NCBI GenBank assembly: GCA_965372925.1
Contig: CBDVEE010000001.1
Span: forward strand, 1-35,188
Length of the DNA: 35,188 bases
Origin: an uncultured archaeon
GTDB taxonomy: Archaea > Nanobdellota > Nanobdellia > Pacearchaeales > GW2011-AR1
Direction of reading: 5' to 3'
How positions within the stretch are numbered: position 1 is the first letter of the stretch; every line of letters begins with the position of its first letter. The notes beneath the pieces are model-generated. The model made no database searches. It saw nothing but the letters and a program-made list of their open reading frames with translations, and was not told the origin of the DNA. A program made the translations under genes and the position numbers. Positions 1 to 8,339 of this stretch are shown piece after piece.

Positions 1-40
1 TATATGGCTATATATAAACCTTTCGGTTTTGTAAAACAAT

Positions 41-97
41 GGTAACTTACAAATATTTATAAAGGTAAGTTACTTCTATGTGTAAAGGTAAATTACC
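41..97. promoter_or_regulatory. Putative operator array: three phased GGTAA-N-TTAC(C) palindromes downstream of a TATA-like box (tatatataaa, 9-18) and directly upstream of the RHH gene
   Basis: GGTAACTTAC lies at 41-50, GGTAAGTTAC at 64-73 and GGTAAATTACC at 87-97. The GTAA-N-TTAC core is identical in all three. Start-to-start spacing is exactly 23 bp. The last copy ends 3 nt before the ATG at 100. Confidence 0.55.
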
Positions 98-99
98 AA

Positions 100-279
100 A
101 TGACAACAAAACCAAATCAAGTATCAGTTACTATCGGGGAAGAAAATATAAAATTATTAGATGATGCCTTTAAAATTTATGATTGTGGTTCAAGGTCTGA
201 TTTAGCAAAAAAAATAATTTTAGATTGGATTTTTTCAAATAAACCCCTTGTCCTATTACTTAAAAAAAATGGAAAATGA
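100..279 (+). CDS. Ribbon-helix-helix (CopG/Arc-like) DNA-binding protein, 59 aa (not in the ORF track)
   Basis: Hand translation gives MTTKPNQVSVTIGEENIKLLDDAFKIYDCGSRSDLAKKIILDWIFSNKPLVLLLKKNGK*. The pattern is a beta-strand (VSVTI), helix (ENIKLLDDAFK), then helix (SRSDLAKKIILDWI), typical of RHH repressors and antitoxins. The operator-like repeats lie immediately upstream. Confidence 0.6.
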   Translation: MTTKPNQVSVTIGEENIKLLDDAFKIYDCGSRSDLAKKIILDWIFSNKPLVLLLKKNGK

Positions 280-484
280 ATTAAGATTAATGGTAAAAGT
301 TTTTGAAGAAAAAATTAACCAAACAGAAGAGGAATATAAAATAAAAAATAATGGGAATATTGATAAGGAAAAAATGAACAGGTATATTAATAGAAAATTA
401 AAAAGAGAGATTATTATTTTGAATACTGTTAATATAATGCCCTCTGCTCTTGTTTTGAATGCCACCAAAAGATTTAAATACTAA
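269..484 (+). CDS. Hypothetical small protein (71 aa from the ATG at 269; the track ORF starts at a TTG at 248), charged and probably helical
   Basis: The ATG at 269 overlaps the last 11 nt of the RHH ORF, an RHH-plus-partner layout like TA or partition modules. I recognise no family motif. Confidence 0.4.
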   Translation: MENELRLMVKVFEEKINQTEEEYKIKNNGNIDKEKMNRYINRKLKREIIILNTVNIMPSALVLNATKRFKY

Positions 485-505
485 TTATCTTTCCTATTTA
501 CTAAT

Positions 506-757
506 ATGGTTAATCCAATTCCAAAATGGGTGTGGAAGCGTTATGCTTTGCTATGGAAAAAGTTTGGTGATAAACCTTTTACTTTTAAACAGGCAAAGAA
601 AGAACTAAAATTTGTAGATGGAAATGTCGTAAGCGTTATGTTTAATGAATTAAAAAATGCAGGGTGGATTTCCGTTAATCTCGGAGAGGGAGATAGTAGA
701 AAACGAGTTTATAATTTATTAAATCCTGAAATAATAGTGGAGAGTGTTACCAAATGA
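506..757 (+). CDS. Small winged-helix (MarR/ArsR-like) DNA-binding protein, 83 aa
   Basis: Size and pattern fit (FTFKQAKKEL...VSVMFNELKNAGWISV...KRVYNLL: recognition helix plus a beta-wing). The stop overlaps the next gene start (ATGA at 754-757). Confidence 0.5.
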   Translation: MVNPIPKWVWKRYALLWKKFGDKPFTFKQAKKELKFVDGNVVSVMFNELKNAGWISVNLGEGDSRKRVYNLLNPEIIVESVTK

Positions 758-1872
758 TATTAAGACCAACAAAAACAGAACATACAGACAAAAAAACAGG
801 GATGGTTTTGAAAAGAATAGCGACATCAGAATGGGAAACGCATAATCATAAAATTGCAGTAAATAATTCTTTATTTAATGTTGAGAAATCAAGAATAGAA
901 AATAAAAAATCAATTCTTCCTGCTCACTTTCAAATTTATCACATTTTTTTTAATACAAAAAAAAGATTTTGGAATTTTGATAGAATTGCCGAAAGTAAAG
1001 CACACGCTTCAAGAATAGGAAGATTATATTTAGCTTTTCAACAGCGAAGTGCAAAACAATGGAATAATTTAACTTTTCAAGAGGCAGAAGCAGATTTTCA
1101 GGAATTAGTTAATAGAGGTTTAACATTTGTTCCTTATCCTGTTCCATTAGACGCAGATTTAGAAACATGGAAAACAAGAAAGGCAGACGCATTAACTCTT
1201 TTAACTCCAAGCCAAAAATTAGTTCCTATATTCTGCACAAAACACCAAAGAGATTTATTTGGAGAAGTTTTTAATTATGAATTTGAAAATTCAAAATTAA
1301 TTGGTGTTCAATGTTATGGGCTTAATGATGCTAACACCTTACTTAATCTTACAAAAATAAAATTAAGAAATCAAATGTTACAAACAGGCGACGAAGCACC
1401 CCTGCTTATTGGATTAAATTATGAAAAAGTTTTAAAGAGTTTGTCTTGTGTATCAGGTAATTTTGCTTATTCTTGTTATGGTTTTGATATTCTGTCTTGT
1501 AGACAATTAAATATGGAAAATATGCCAACAGAAGCAAGAAGAAAAATGTTGAGCAAGGAAATAGAAGAAATTATGAAATACGACCGAGTTTTAGGTGGCT
1601 TTAATCATTCGGCAGAGCAGGAATTTTGGGATGGAATTAATGTAACAAGAGTATTTTTAGAAAATGTTGATGTTACACAAGGGTTAAGTCCTTATCAAGC
1701 AATACAATGGGCTAATCATAGAGAGCAACAGAAAGATTTTGATTTATTGAATAAGTATATTTTAGAAACCACTTATGATGAAAATGCACTTTTTAATTTT
1801 ATAAATAATGAAAAGGAAAAATGGGCAGTGTTCTATAAAACTAAAATTATGCAGACAGCAAGAGTTATCTAA
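754..1872 (+). CDS. Hypothetical protein, 372 aa, no recognisable motif; translationally coupled to the wHTH gene and to mod
   Basis: Long ORF with the same codon bias as its neighbours. ATGA overlap at the 5' end. TAA at 1870-1872 is followed directly by the mod ATG at 1873. Confidence 0.7.
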   Translation: MILRPTKTEHTDKKTGMVLKRIATSEWETHNHKIAVNNSLFNVEKSRIENKKSILPAHFQIYHIFFNTKKRFWNFDRIAESKAHASRIGRLYLAFQQRSAKQWNNLTFQEAEADFQELVNRGLTFVPYPVPLDADLETWKTRKADALTLLTPSQKLVPIFCTKHQRDLFGEVFNYEFENSKLIGVQCYGLNDANTLLNLTKIKLRNQMLQTGDEAPLLIGLNYEKVLKSLSCVSGNFAYSCYGFDILSCRQLNMENMPTEARRKMLSKEIEEIMKYDRVLGGFNHSAEQEFWDGINVTRVFLENVDVTQGLSPYQAIQWANHREQQKDFDLLNKYILETTYDENALFNFINNEKEKWAVFYKTKIMQTARVI

Positions 1873-3645
1873 ATGGCAAAACCAAATTATTCAAATTGGG
1901 ATAAGAAAGAGTTAATTAAAGAAGTTGAAGCATTAAAGAAAAAGAAAACCTATGGTTTAGTTTGGGAAGAAGATAAAACAAAAGAACTTTTTGATTATTA
2001 TATTAATTGGGATGGAGAAGGAACAAAAGAAACTTTTGGAGAAGAAGAGGGTAAATTCCCTGTTCTAAAAGAGGTTAAAAGTAAATCAATAGATAACCAA
2101 GACCCTAAATATAATATAATGATTGAAGGAGATAATTATCATGCTCTTGCTGTTTTAAATTTCACACACAATAAAGCAATAGATGTTATTTACATAGACC
2201 CTCCTTATAATCGTGGTGGAGATTTCAAATATAATGATAAACTTGTAGATAAAGAGGATGGATATAAACATAGCAAGTGGTTATCTTTTATGAGTAAGAG
2301 ATTAAGATTGGCTAAAGATTTACTAAAAGATGAAGGAGTTATTTTTATTTCCATTGACGAAAACCAATTTGCACAATTAAAAATATTATGTGATGAATTA
2401 TTTGGAGAGAATAATTTTTTAGGGAATTTAGTTTGGAAAAGAAGGGGAGGTATTGGAAGTTTCGCAGAGAAAAATTTAACACAAAATCATGAATATATTT
2501 TAGTATATAAAAAAAGTAAGGGATTTTTGTATCATAATATTATTGGAGAGAAAAGAAGAAAACAATTTCAATATGAGGATAAAAGAGGAATATATAGGTG
2601 GATTGAATTAGTTGGTCCAAGCCAGCAAACAAAGGAGAGAAGACCTAATTTAGATTATGGTATTCTTTATGACGAAGAAAATAAAAAAATAGTAGGATTT
2701 ATAGGAAGAGATAAAAAGAAAAAGTTTTTTGATAAAAAAATATCAAAAAAAATTAAAGAGATATGGTTAGAGGGAAAGGCAACATGGTTGGTGGGGAGAA
2801 ATATTATAGAAAAATATTATAAAAAAGGTTTGATTCAAGTATTTAATAAAAAGAGTAAATTAATCCTAAAAATTAAAAATTATTTGTATGATGAAAAAGG
2901 TGAAATTAATGGTTTAATTCTAAAAAGTATACTTTCTGATAATGATGTTAAAATTGGTATGAATACAGAAGGGACAAAACAAATAAAAGAAATTCTTTAT
3001 CCTAAAGATTATAGTAATATGAAACCTAAACCCATGTCTCTTTTAAGGTTTTTATTACAAACAAAAACCAATAAAGATTCGTTAGTTTTAGATTTTTTTG
3101 CTGGAACAGGAACAACAGGACATGCAGTTATGGAATTAAATAAAGAAGATGGTGGAAAAAGAAAATTTATTTTATGCACTAATAATGAAGGGGGTATAGC
3201 AAGTGAAGTATGTTACCCTAAAATAAAGAATTTAATTAAAGGTTATAAAAATCCTCTTGGAGAATTTGAAGGATATAAAGACAACTTCAAATATTTCAAA
3301 ACCGACTTCGTTGATTCTGCACCAACAGACCAGAACAAAAAAAAGATTGTTGATAAATCCACAGAAATGTTATGTATAAAAGAAAATGCGTTTAAATCTG
3401 TTATTGATAAAAAAGGATATAAAGTATTTCAAAATTCAGATATTCATTTAGGAATAATATTTGATGACGAACAAATAGATAAGTTTGTTAAAGAAGCAAA
3501 AAACATAAAAGGAAAATTCCATGTCTATGTTTTTTCTTTTGATGAGAGTGTTCCAAAAGAAGAATTTAAAAGCATGGAAGGAAGAATTAAATTATGTCCT
3601 ATTCCAGAGGTTATACTTCATGTTTATAGGAGAATATTCAAATGA
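1873..3645 (+). CDS. mod: Type III R-M DNA methyltransferase (Mod), beta-class N6-adenine/N4-cytosine type
   Basis: Catalytic motif IV (VIYIDPPYNRG, about 2197-2208) precedes the AdoMet motif I (DFFAGTGTTGHAV, about 3091-3111). This is the circular permutation typical of Type III Mod. It lies adjacent to res with an ATGA overlap. Confidence 0.85.
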   Translation: MAKPNYSNWDKKELIKEVEALKKKKTYGLVWEEDKTKELFDYYINWDGEGTKETFGEEEGKFPVLKEVKSKSIDNQDPKYNIMIEGDNYHALAVLNFTHNKAIDVIYIDPPYNRGGDFKYNDKLVDKEDGYKHSKWLSFMSKRLRLAKDLLKDEGVIFISIDENQFAQLKILCDELFGENNFLGNLVWKRRGGIGSFAEKNLTQNHEYILVYKKSKGFLYHNIIGEKRRKQFQYEDKRGIYRWIELVGPSQQTKERRPNLDYGILYDEENKKIVGFIGRDKKKKFFDKKISKKIKEIWLEGKATWLVGRNIIEKYYKKGLIQVFNKKSKLILKIKNYLYDEKGEINGLILKSILSDNDVKIGMNTEGTKQIKEILYPKDYSNMKPKPMSLLRFLLQTKTNKDSLVLDFFAGTGTTGHAVMELNKEDGGKRKFILCTNNEGGIASEVCYPKIKNLIKGYKNPLGEFEGYKDNFKYFKTDFVDSAPTDQNKKKIVDKSTEMLCIKENAFKSVIDKKGYKVFQNSDIHLGIIFDDEQIDKFVKEAKNIKGKFHVYVFSFDESVPKEEFKSMEGRIKLCPIPEVILHVYRRIFK

Positions 3646-5831
3646 TAGATTTAAAGGATTATCAAGAAAAAGCAATAGAAAAATTAAAGGTAGAAATAAA
3701 CGAGTTATTAGAATTAGAAGAAAATAAAATCTGTGTGTTTAAAGCCCCGACAGGTTCAGGAAAAACTTTAATGACAGCAGAATTTCTAAAAAGATTAGTG
3801 ACTCATCGGGAGGATAACACCAAATTATCTTTTATTTGGATTTCAGTTAATAAATTACATGACCAAAGTAAAGATAGTTTAGAAAGATATTATGAAGATA
3901 CGAGAATATTAAAGTGTTCTAATTTTGAAGATTTACAAGATAAGACAATAGGAGAAAATGAAATTCTATTTTTTAATTGGCAGAGCATTAACAAAAAAGA
4001 CAATATTTACATAAGAGAAAATGAGCATGACAATAATCTTTCTAACATTATAACAAATACAAAAGATGATGATAGGGAAATTATTTTAGTAATTGATGAG
4101 AGCCATAGAAATACTGATACAGAAAAATCCAGAGAGTTAATAAACGAAATAAATCCAAAAATTACTATTGAGGTTTCTGCCACTCCTCATTTCAAAAGTG
4201 TATCCAGAATCGTGGAAGTTGATTTTAAGAAAGTTCAAGAAGAGGGCATGATTAAAAAAGAAGTTACAATAAATCAAGAGATTGATAAAATAAAAGTAAG
4301 TGGAAAAAGCACAGATGATATTGTTATTGATTCTGCATTAAAAAGAAGATTGGAATTAAAAAAACTTTATGAAAAAGAAGGCACAAATATTAACCCACTT
4401 ATTCTTATTCAGTTGCCAGATAACAGGGCAGGGGTTCTTGATAGGAAAGAGGACATTACAGAAAAATTAAAGAAAAAAGGAATAACAACCGAGAACAGAA
4501 AATTAGCTATCTATCTTTCAGATAAAGATAATAAAATTAATCTTGAGAACATAAGCAAACCAAATAATGAAGTTGAAGTTTTATTATTTAAACATGCGAT
4601 AGCAATAGGATGGGATTGTCCAAGAGCACAGATTTTAGTTTTATTTAGAGATTGGAAGAGTATAGAATTTTCTATACAGACCATAGGCAGAATAATGAGA
4701 ATGCCAGAATTTCATCATTATGATGAAGATGATTTGAATAGGGGTTTTGTTTTTACTAATTTAGAAGATGTCAAAATAGCAGAAGATATAGCTAAAGATT
4801 ATATTACTATCCACGAAGCAAAAAGGAGAGAAGATTATAAAGAGGTTAAACTCAATTCTACTCATTTGAAAAGACAGAGAGAAAAAACAAGATTATCTGG
4901 AGAGTTTTCAAAAATCTTTATAGATATAGCAAAAAAAGAAAAATTAAAAGACAAAATAAATAAAAATCCGTCAGAATCAATTAATAGTTTAATGATTGAT
5001 GGAAAAATAATCAATCTTGATAAAATCCAATTAATTAAATCTCAAAAACATTTAGAAATTAAAAAAACAGCTAAAGAATTACAATATCATTTTGACTTGT
5101 TTATTCGTTCTTCTTGCACTCCTTACGCACCTGTTGATTCAAGTAGGGTTATAAGAACATCACTATATAGATTTTTTGATAAAGAATTAAAGATGGATGA
5201 CTATACAGAAATTCAAAAAATAATTTTAGGAATTGAAAATAATCAATTCTTTATAGATATTCTAAACAAAGCTAAAGAATTTTACGATGAAGAAATAGTT
5301 AAAAAACTAAAAGAAGAAAGAGAAACAGAGGAGTATATTTGGGAAGTTCCAGAATTAGTAATGTATAATAGCAAAGCAAAAGAAGTAGATTATAAAAAAT
5401 CTATAATGAAACCACATTTTACAAAATCTGAAAGTAATCCAGAAAAGGATTTTATTGGTTTTCTTGAAAAATCCGACAATGATGTTGTATGGTGGTATAA
5501 AAATGGAGAAAGTGAAAAGAAATATTTTTCTGTTAAATATAGAGATACTAAAAAAATTCCAAGAGGTTTTTATGTTGATTTTATTGTTTTAACTAAAGAT
5601 GGAAAGATAGGGCTTTTTGATACAAAGGCAGGAAGAACAGCAGAAGATTCAAAACAAAAAGCCGAAGCCCTCGCTAAATACATAAAAGAACAGAATGGAG
5701 AACACAATAAGAAATTATGGGGTGGAATTGTCGTGCCAAAGAATGATAGCTTTAGATATAATTCACAAGACAAATATCAGTTTAATGAAGCAAATTTAGG
5801 AGAAGATTGGAATTTTTTGAGTTTTAAATAA
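3642..5831 (+). CDS. res: Type III restriction enzyme Res subunit (SF2 helicase plus C-terminal PD-(D/E)xK nuclease)
   Basis: Walker A is KAPTGSGKT, motif II is VIDESH, then SATP, and motif VI is QTIGRIMR. The C-terminal FYVDFIVL...LFDTKAG fits D...(D/E)xK. At 729 aa it is short for a Res subunit. Confidence 0.8.
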   Translation: MIDLKDYQEKAIEKLKVEINELLELEENKICVFKAPTGSGKTLMTAEFLKRLVTHREDNTKLSFIWISVNKLHDQSKDSLERYYEDTRILKCSNFEDLQDKTIGENEILFFNWQSINKKDNIYIRENEHDNNLSNIITNTKDDDREIILVIDESHRNTDTEKSRELINEINPKITIEVSATPHFKSVSRIVEVDFKKVQEEGMIKKEVTINQEIDKIKVSGKSTDDIVIDSALKRRLELKKLYEKEGTNINPLILIQLPDNRAGVLDRKEDITEKLKKKGITTENRKLAIYLSDKDNKINLENISKPNNEVEVLLFKHAIAIGWDCPRAQILVLFRDWKSIEFSIQTIGRIMRMPEFHHYDEDDLNRGFVFTNLEDVKIAEDIAKDYITIHEAKRREDYKEVKLNSTHLKRQREKTRLSGEFSKIFIDIAKKEKLKDKINKNPSESINSLMIDGKIINLDKIQLIKSQKHLEIKKTAKELQYHFDLFIRSSCTPYAPVDSSRVIRTSLYRFFDKELKMDDYTEIQKIILGIENNQFFIDILNKAKEFYDEEIVKKLKEERETEEYIWEVPELVMYNSKAKEVDYKKSIMKPHFTKSESNPEKDFIGFLEKSDNDVVWWYKNGESEKKYFSVKYRDTKKIPRGFYVDFIVLTKDGKIGLFDTKAGRTAEDSKQKAEALAKYIKEQNGEHNKKLWGGIVVPKNDSFRYNSQDKYQFNEANLGEDWNFLSFK

Positions 5832-6039
5832 AAAGCCACGCTACTTAACACCAAATTAAAGCCACGAAAACTTAACACTCTCTTGGTTGGGGAAAAATAA
5901 ATTTTCAATATCCAAAAATCTTCCCACGCCCTCTCCAATTTTTGATTATTTTTAGATTGAGACGAGGCGTGAGGTTGTGCGGTGTGCTTTTGCACATAAG
6001 CGTTCTCACAACGAAGTATCAATTAAAAAGAATAAAAAA

Positions 6040-8211
6040 TTACTGATTCTCCGCTAATCCTTTACGTGCCCGAATCTGCCCAATAACTTTCACCTGCATA
6101 TCGTTAGGCAATTTCTTAAAAGTCTGACTGACCAAACTAGAAACTCCCCTGCCTTCCGTCGCACTACGCAAGTCAGAAGTCCATCCAAGCATTTCATGAA
6201 CCGGAATCTCTGCCCTAATCGTAGCCCCCGTTTCATCCTGCTGAACGTCAACCAGAACTCCTCTCTTGGTAGAAATTAAAGACGTAACCGCACCCATAAA
6301 ATCCGTAGGCACCTCAATCTGATGAACCTGAACAGGCTCGTAAATAGTAGGAACCGCCTTAGCAAAAGCTGCCCGAAGACCCTCTCGAATAGCCGGGTAT
6401 ACCTGAGCAGGACCCCTATGAATAGCATCCTCATGCAACTTCAAATCAACCAAAGAAACCTTCAACTTCAAAGTCGGCTCCCTCGCCAAAGGACCTGCCT
6501 TCATAACTTCCTCAAAAGAATCCAAAACCAACTCAATAACCTCACCAATATGAACCTCCCCTTTAGTTTTATCTAAAAAAACATTTCCATTAAAAATATC
6601 CCTATACTGCTGTGACTCATCTCGAGAAATACCAAGTCCAACCAATGTCTCATCCAGTGCTTTGTCTTTCTTTTTAATTCTACCCTTCGGTAAAGCACCA
6701 TCAGCAACCGCCTGGATAATCGCATCCTCCAATGGTTCAACCGTCAAGAAAAAACTATTATGCTTATTAGGCGAACGCCCCTCGGCGACATCACTAAGTT
6801 TCGAAACCGCTTCCCTATAAACAATAATCGGAGGACCCATTTCAATTTCAAGTCCCTTCTCTGTCTTAATTCTATTCTCAATAATTTCCAAATGCAACTC
6901 TCCCATCCCAGACATTAAAGACTCACCAGTCTCCTCGTTAATTTCAATCCTCAACGACGGGTCTTCCTTCCCTACCTGTCTCAAAATTTCAATCAATTTC
7001 GGCAAATCAGCAGTCCTCTTCGCACTAATCGACTTCGTAACAACCGGCTCAAACAAATGACTAATCGCTTCAAACGGCTCAATAGGATTAGTAGAAACAG
7101 TCTCACCGACGACAACATCCTTCAGTCCAACAATGCCAATAATATTTCCAGCAACGACCTCATCAAGCTGAACCCTGCTCGCACCCTTGTAGATCGAAAC
7201 CTGCTGAGCTCTAACTTTCCTTCCGGCAATATTCATATACAACTCATCGCCCTGCTTAATCTTACCACCAAACAATCGACCACAAGCAACCTCTCCAGCA
7301 TGAGGGTCAATCACAATCTTAATCGGCACAAACGCAACCTCACCCTCAATATTACAACTAACCAAATCTTTACCTTCTTTACTTTCCAAATCACCCCGCC
7401 AAATTTTAGGAATCCTATATTTTTGTGCAGTCATAGGATTAGGATGATTATTAACTACCATATTCAAAATAACCTCATGAATCGGTGCCTTCTTCGCCAA
7501 AACCTTATACTCTTCTCCACCAGCCTCGTAAGCATCAATAATCTCCTTAAAAGAAATATTATTTTTCTTCATATAAGGAACACTCAATGCCCAATTATGA
7601 AAAGCCGAACCAAACGCAACCGAACCATCAGCAACGCCGACCTGCCATTTTTGTTTATACTCAGGCTCAGCAATTTCAGCAATTAATTTATTTACATTAT
7701 TAATAATATCAACAAATCTCTTCTGCATTTCCTCGGGGGTCAGTTTAACTTCTCTAATTAACCTATCAACTTTATTAATAAACAAAATCGGCTTAACCCT
7801 TTCTTTCAACGCCTGACGAAGAACAGTTTCGGTCTGAGGCATAATACCCTCGGAAGCGCAAGTCAAAACAATCGCACCATCAACCGCCCTCATTGCACGG
7901 GTAACATCACCACCAAAGTCAACATGCACCGGAGTATCAATTAAATTAATTAAATAATCCTGACCCTCAACCGAATGAACCATAGAAACCGAAGCCGAAT
8001 CAATCGTAATTCCCCGTTCCGCTTCATCCTCGTGAAAATCCAAAGTTCGCGCCTTCCCCGCCAACGCCTCGCTCATCATACCAGCACCAGCCAACAAGTT
8101 ATCAGAAAACGTCGTCTTACCGTGGTCAATGTGCGCACAAATGGCAATATTACGAATATGCGTAGGGTCTCTCTGTAACTCCTTAACTTTTGCCGTCGTA
8201 TCAATTGCCAT
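6040..8211 (-). CDS. fusA: Translation elongation factor 2 (aEF-2)
   Basis: G1 is AHIDHGKTT and G4 is NKVD. The diphthamide-loop motif HEDAIHRG is present. Position after rps7 is conserved. G3 reads DTPVH instead of DTPGH (see findings). Confidence 0.95.
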   Translation of the reverse strand: MAIDTTAKVKELQRDPTHIRNIAICAHIDHGKTTFSDNLLAGAGMMSEALAGKARTLDFHEDEAERGITIDSASVSMVHSVEGQDYLINLIDTPVHVDFGGDVTRAMRAVDGAIVLTCASEGIMPQTETVLRQALKERVKPILFINKVDRLIREVKLTPEEMQKRFVDIINNVNKLIAEIAEPEYKQKWQVGVADGSVAFGSAFHNWALSVPYMKKNNISFKEIIDAYEAGGEEYKVLAKKAPIHEVILNMVVNNHPNPMTAQKYRIPKIWRGDLESKEGKDLVSCNIEGEVAFVPIKIVIDPHAGEVACGRLFGGKIKQGDELYMNIAGRKVRAQQVSIYKGASRVQLDEVVAGNIIGIVGLKDVVVGETVSTNPIEPFEAISHLFEPVVTKSISAKRTADLPKLIEILRQVGKEDPSLRIEINEETGESLMSGMGELHLEIIENRIKTEKGLEIEMGPPIIVYREAVSKLSDVAEGRSPNKHNSFFLTVEPLEDAIIQAVADGALPKGRIKKKDKALDETLVGLGISRDESQQYRDIFNGNVFLDKTKGEVHIGEVIELVLDSFEEVMKAGPLAREPTLKLKVSLVDLKLHEDAIHRGPAQVYPAIREGLRAAFAKAVPTIYEPVQVHQIEVPTDFMGAVTSLISTKRGVLVDVQQDETGATIRAEIPVHEMLGWTSDLRSATEGRGVSSLVSQTFKKLPNDMQVKVIGQIRARKGLAENQ

Positions 8212-8322
8212 AGATAATTAATTGAAATTTCGGTTTAAAAACTTTTAGCAAAAATTTTTCCGTAAAATATTTTGCCCCAAATACCAATAGGCACACTGAG
8301 CAACGCCAATGTTACTCTATAA
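8212..8322 (-). promoter_or_regulatory. EF-2 upstream module: BRE/TATA (GCTAAAAGTTTTTAAACC, minus strand), a covarying hairpin (8248-8275) and a conserved 15-mer (8308-8322)
   Basis: TTTTTAAA lies 23-30 nt upstream of the ATG. The same three-part module recurs upstream of rps12 and rpl41e. Confidence 0.5.
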
Positions 8323-8339
8323 AATCAACCGTTAACAAA

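Noticed and set aside
2680-2760. A7-A8 homopolymer tracts inside mod, considered as phase-variation switches (phasevarion)
   Set aside because: Similar A-runs are common throughout this AT-rich, Lys-rich coding sequence. There are no long simple-sequence repeats of the type known to drive Type III mod phase variation.
3521-3727. 68-aa ORF spanning the mod/res junction in a third frame
   Set aside because: It overlaps two motif-supported genes that are already coupled by an ATGA overlap.
5777-6022. Minus-strand 81-aa ORF in the res/EF-2 spacer (also 5570-5773 antisense to res)
   Set aside because: It overlaps the res 3' end and a structured, repeat-containing spacer. It has no start context or motif. 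The region is more plausibly non-coding.
7057-7686. Long plus-strand ORFs antisense to EF-2, rpoA, rpoB, glyA, thyX and others (for example 7057-7686, 209 aa; 25553-26119, 188 aa; 27160-27720, 186 aa; 9253-9992; 14695-15330)
   Set aside because: Their translations are low-complexity and rich in N, L, R, S and I. They lie fully inside strongly supported minus-strand genes. They arise because the plus strand is G-poor and stop-poor opposite these genes. They are shadow ORFs.
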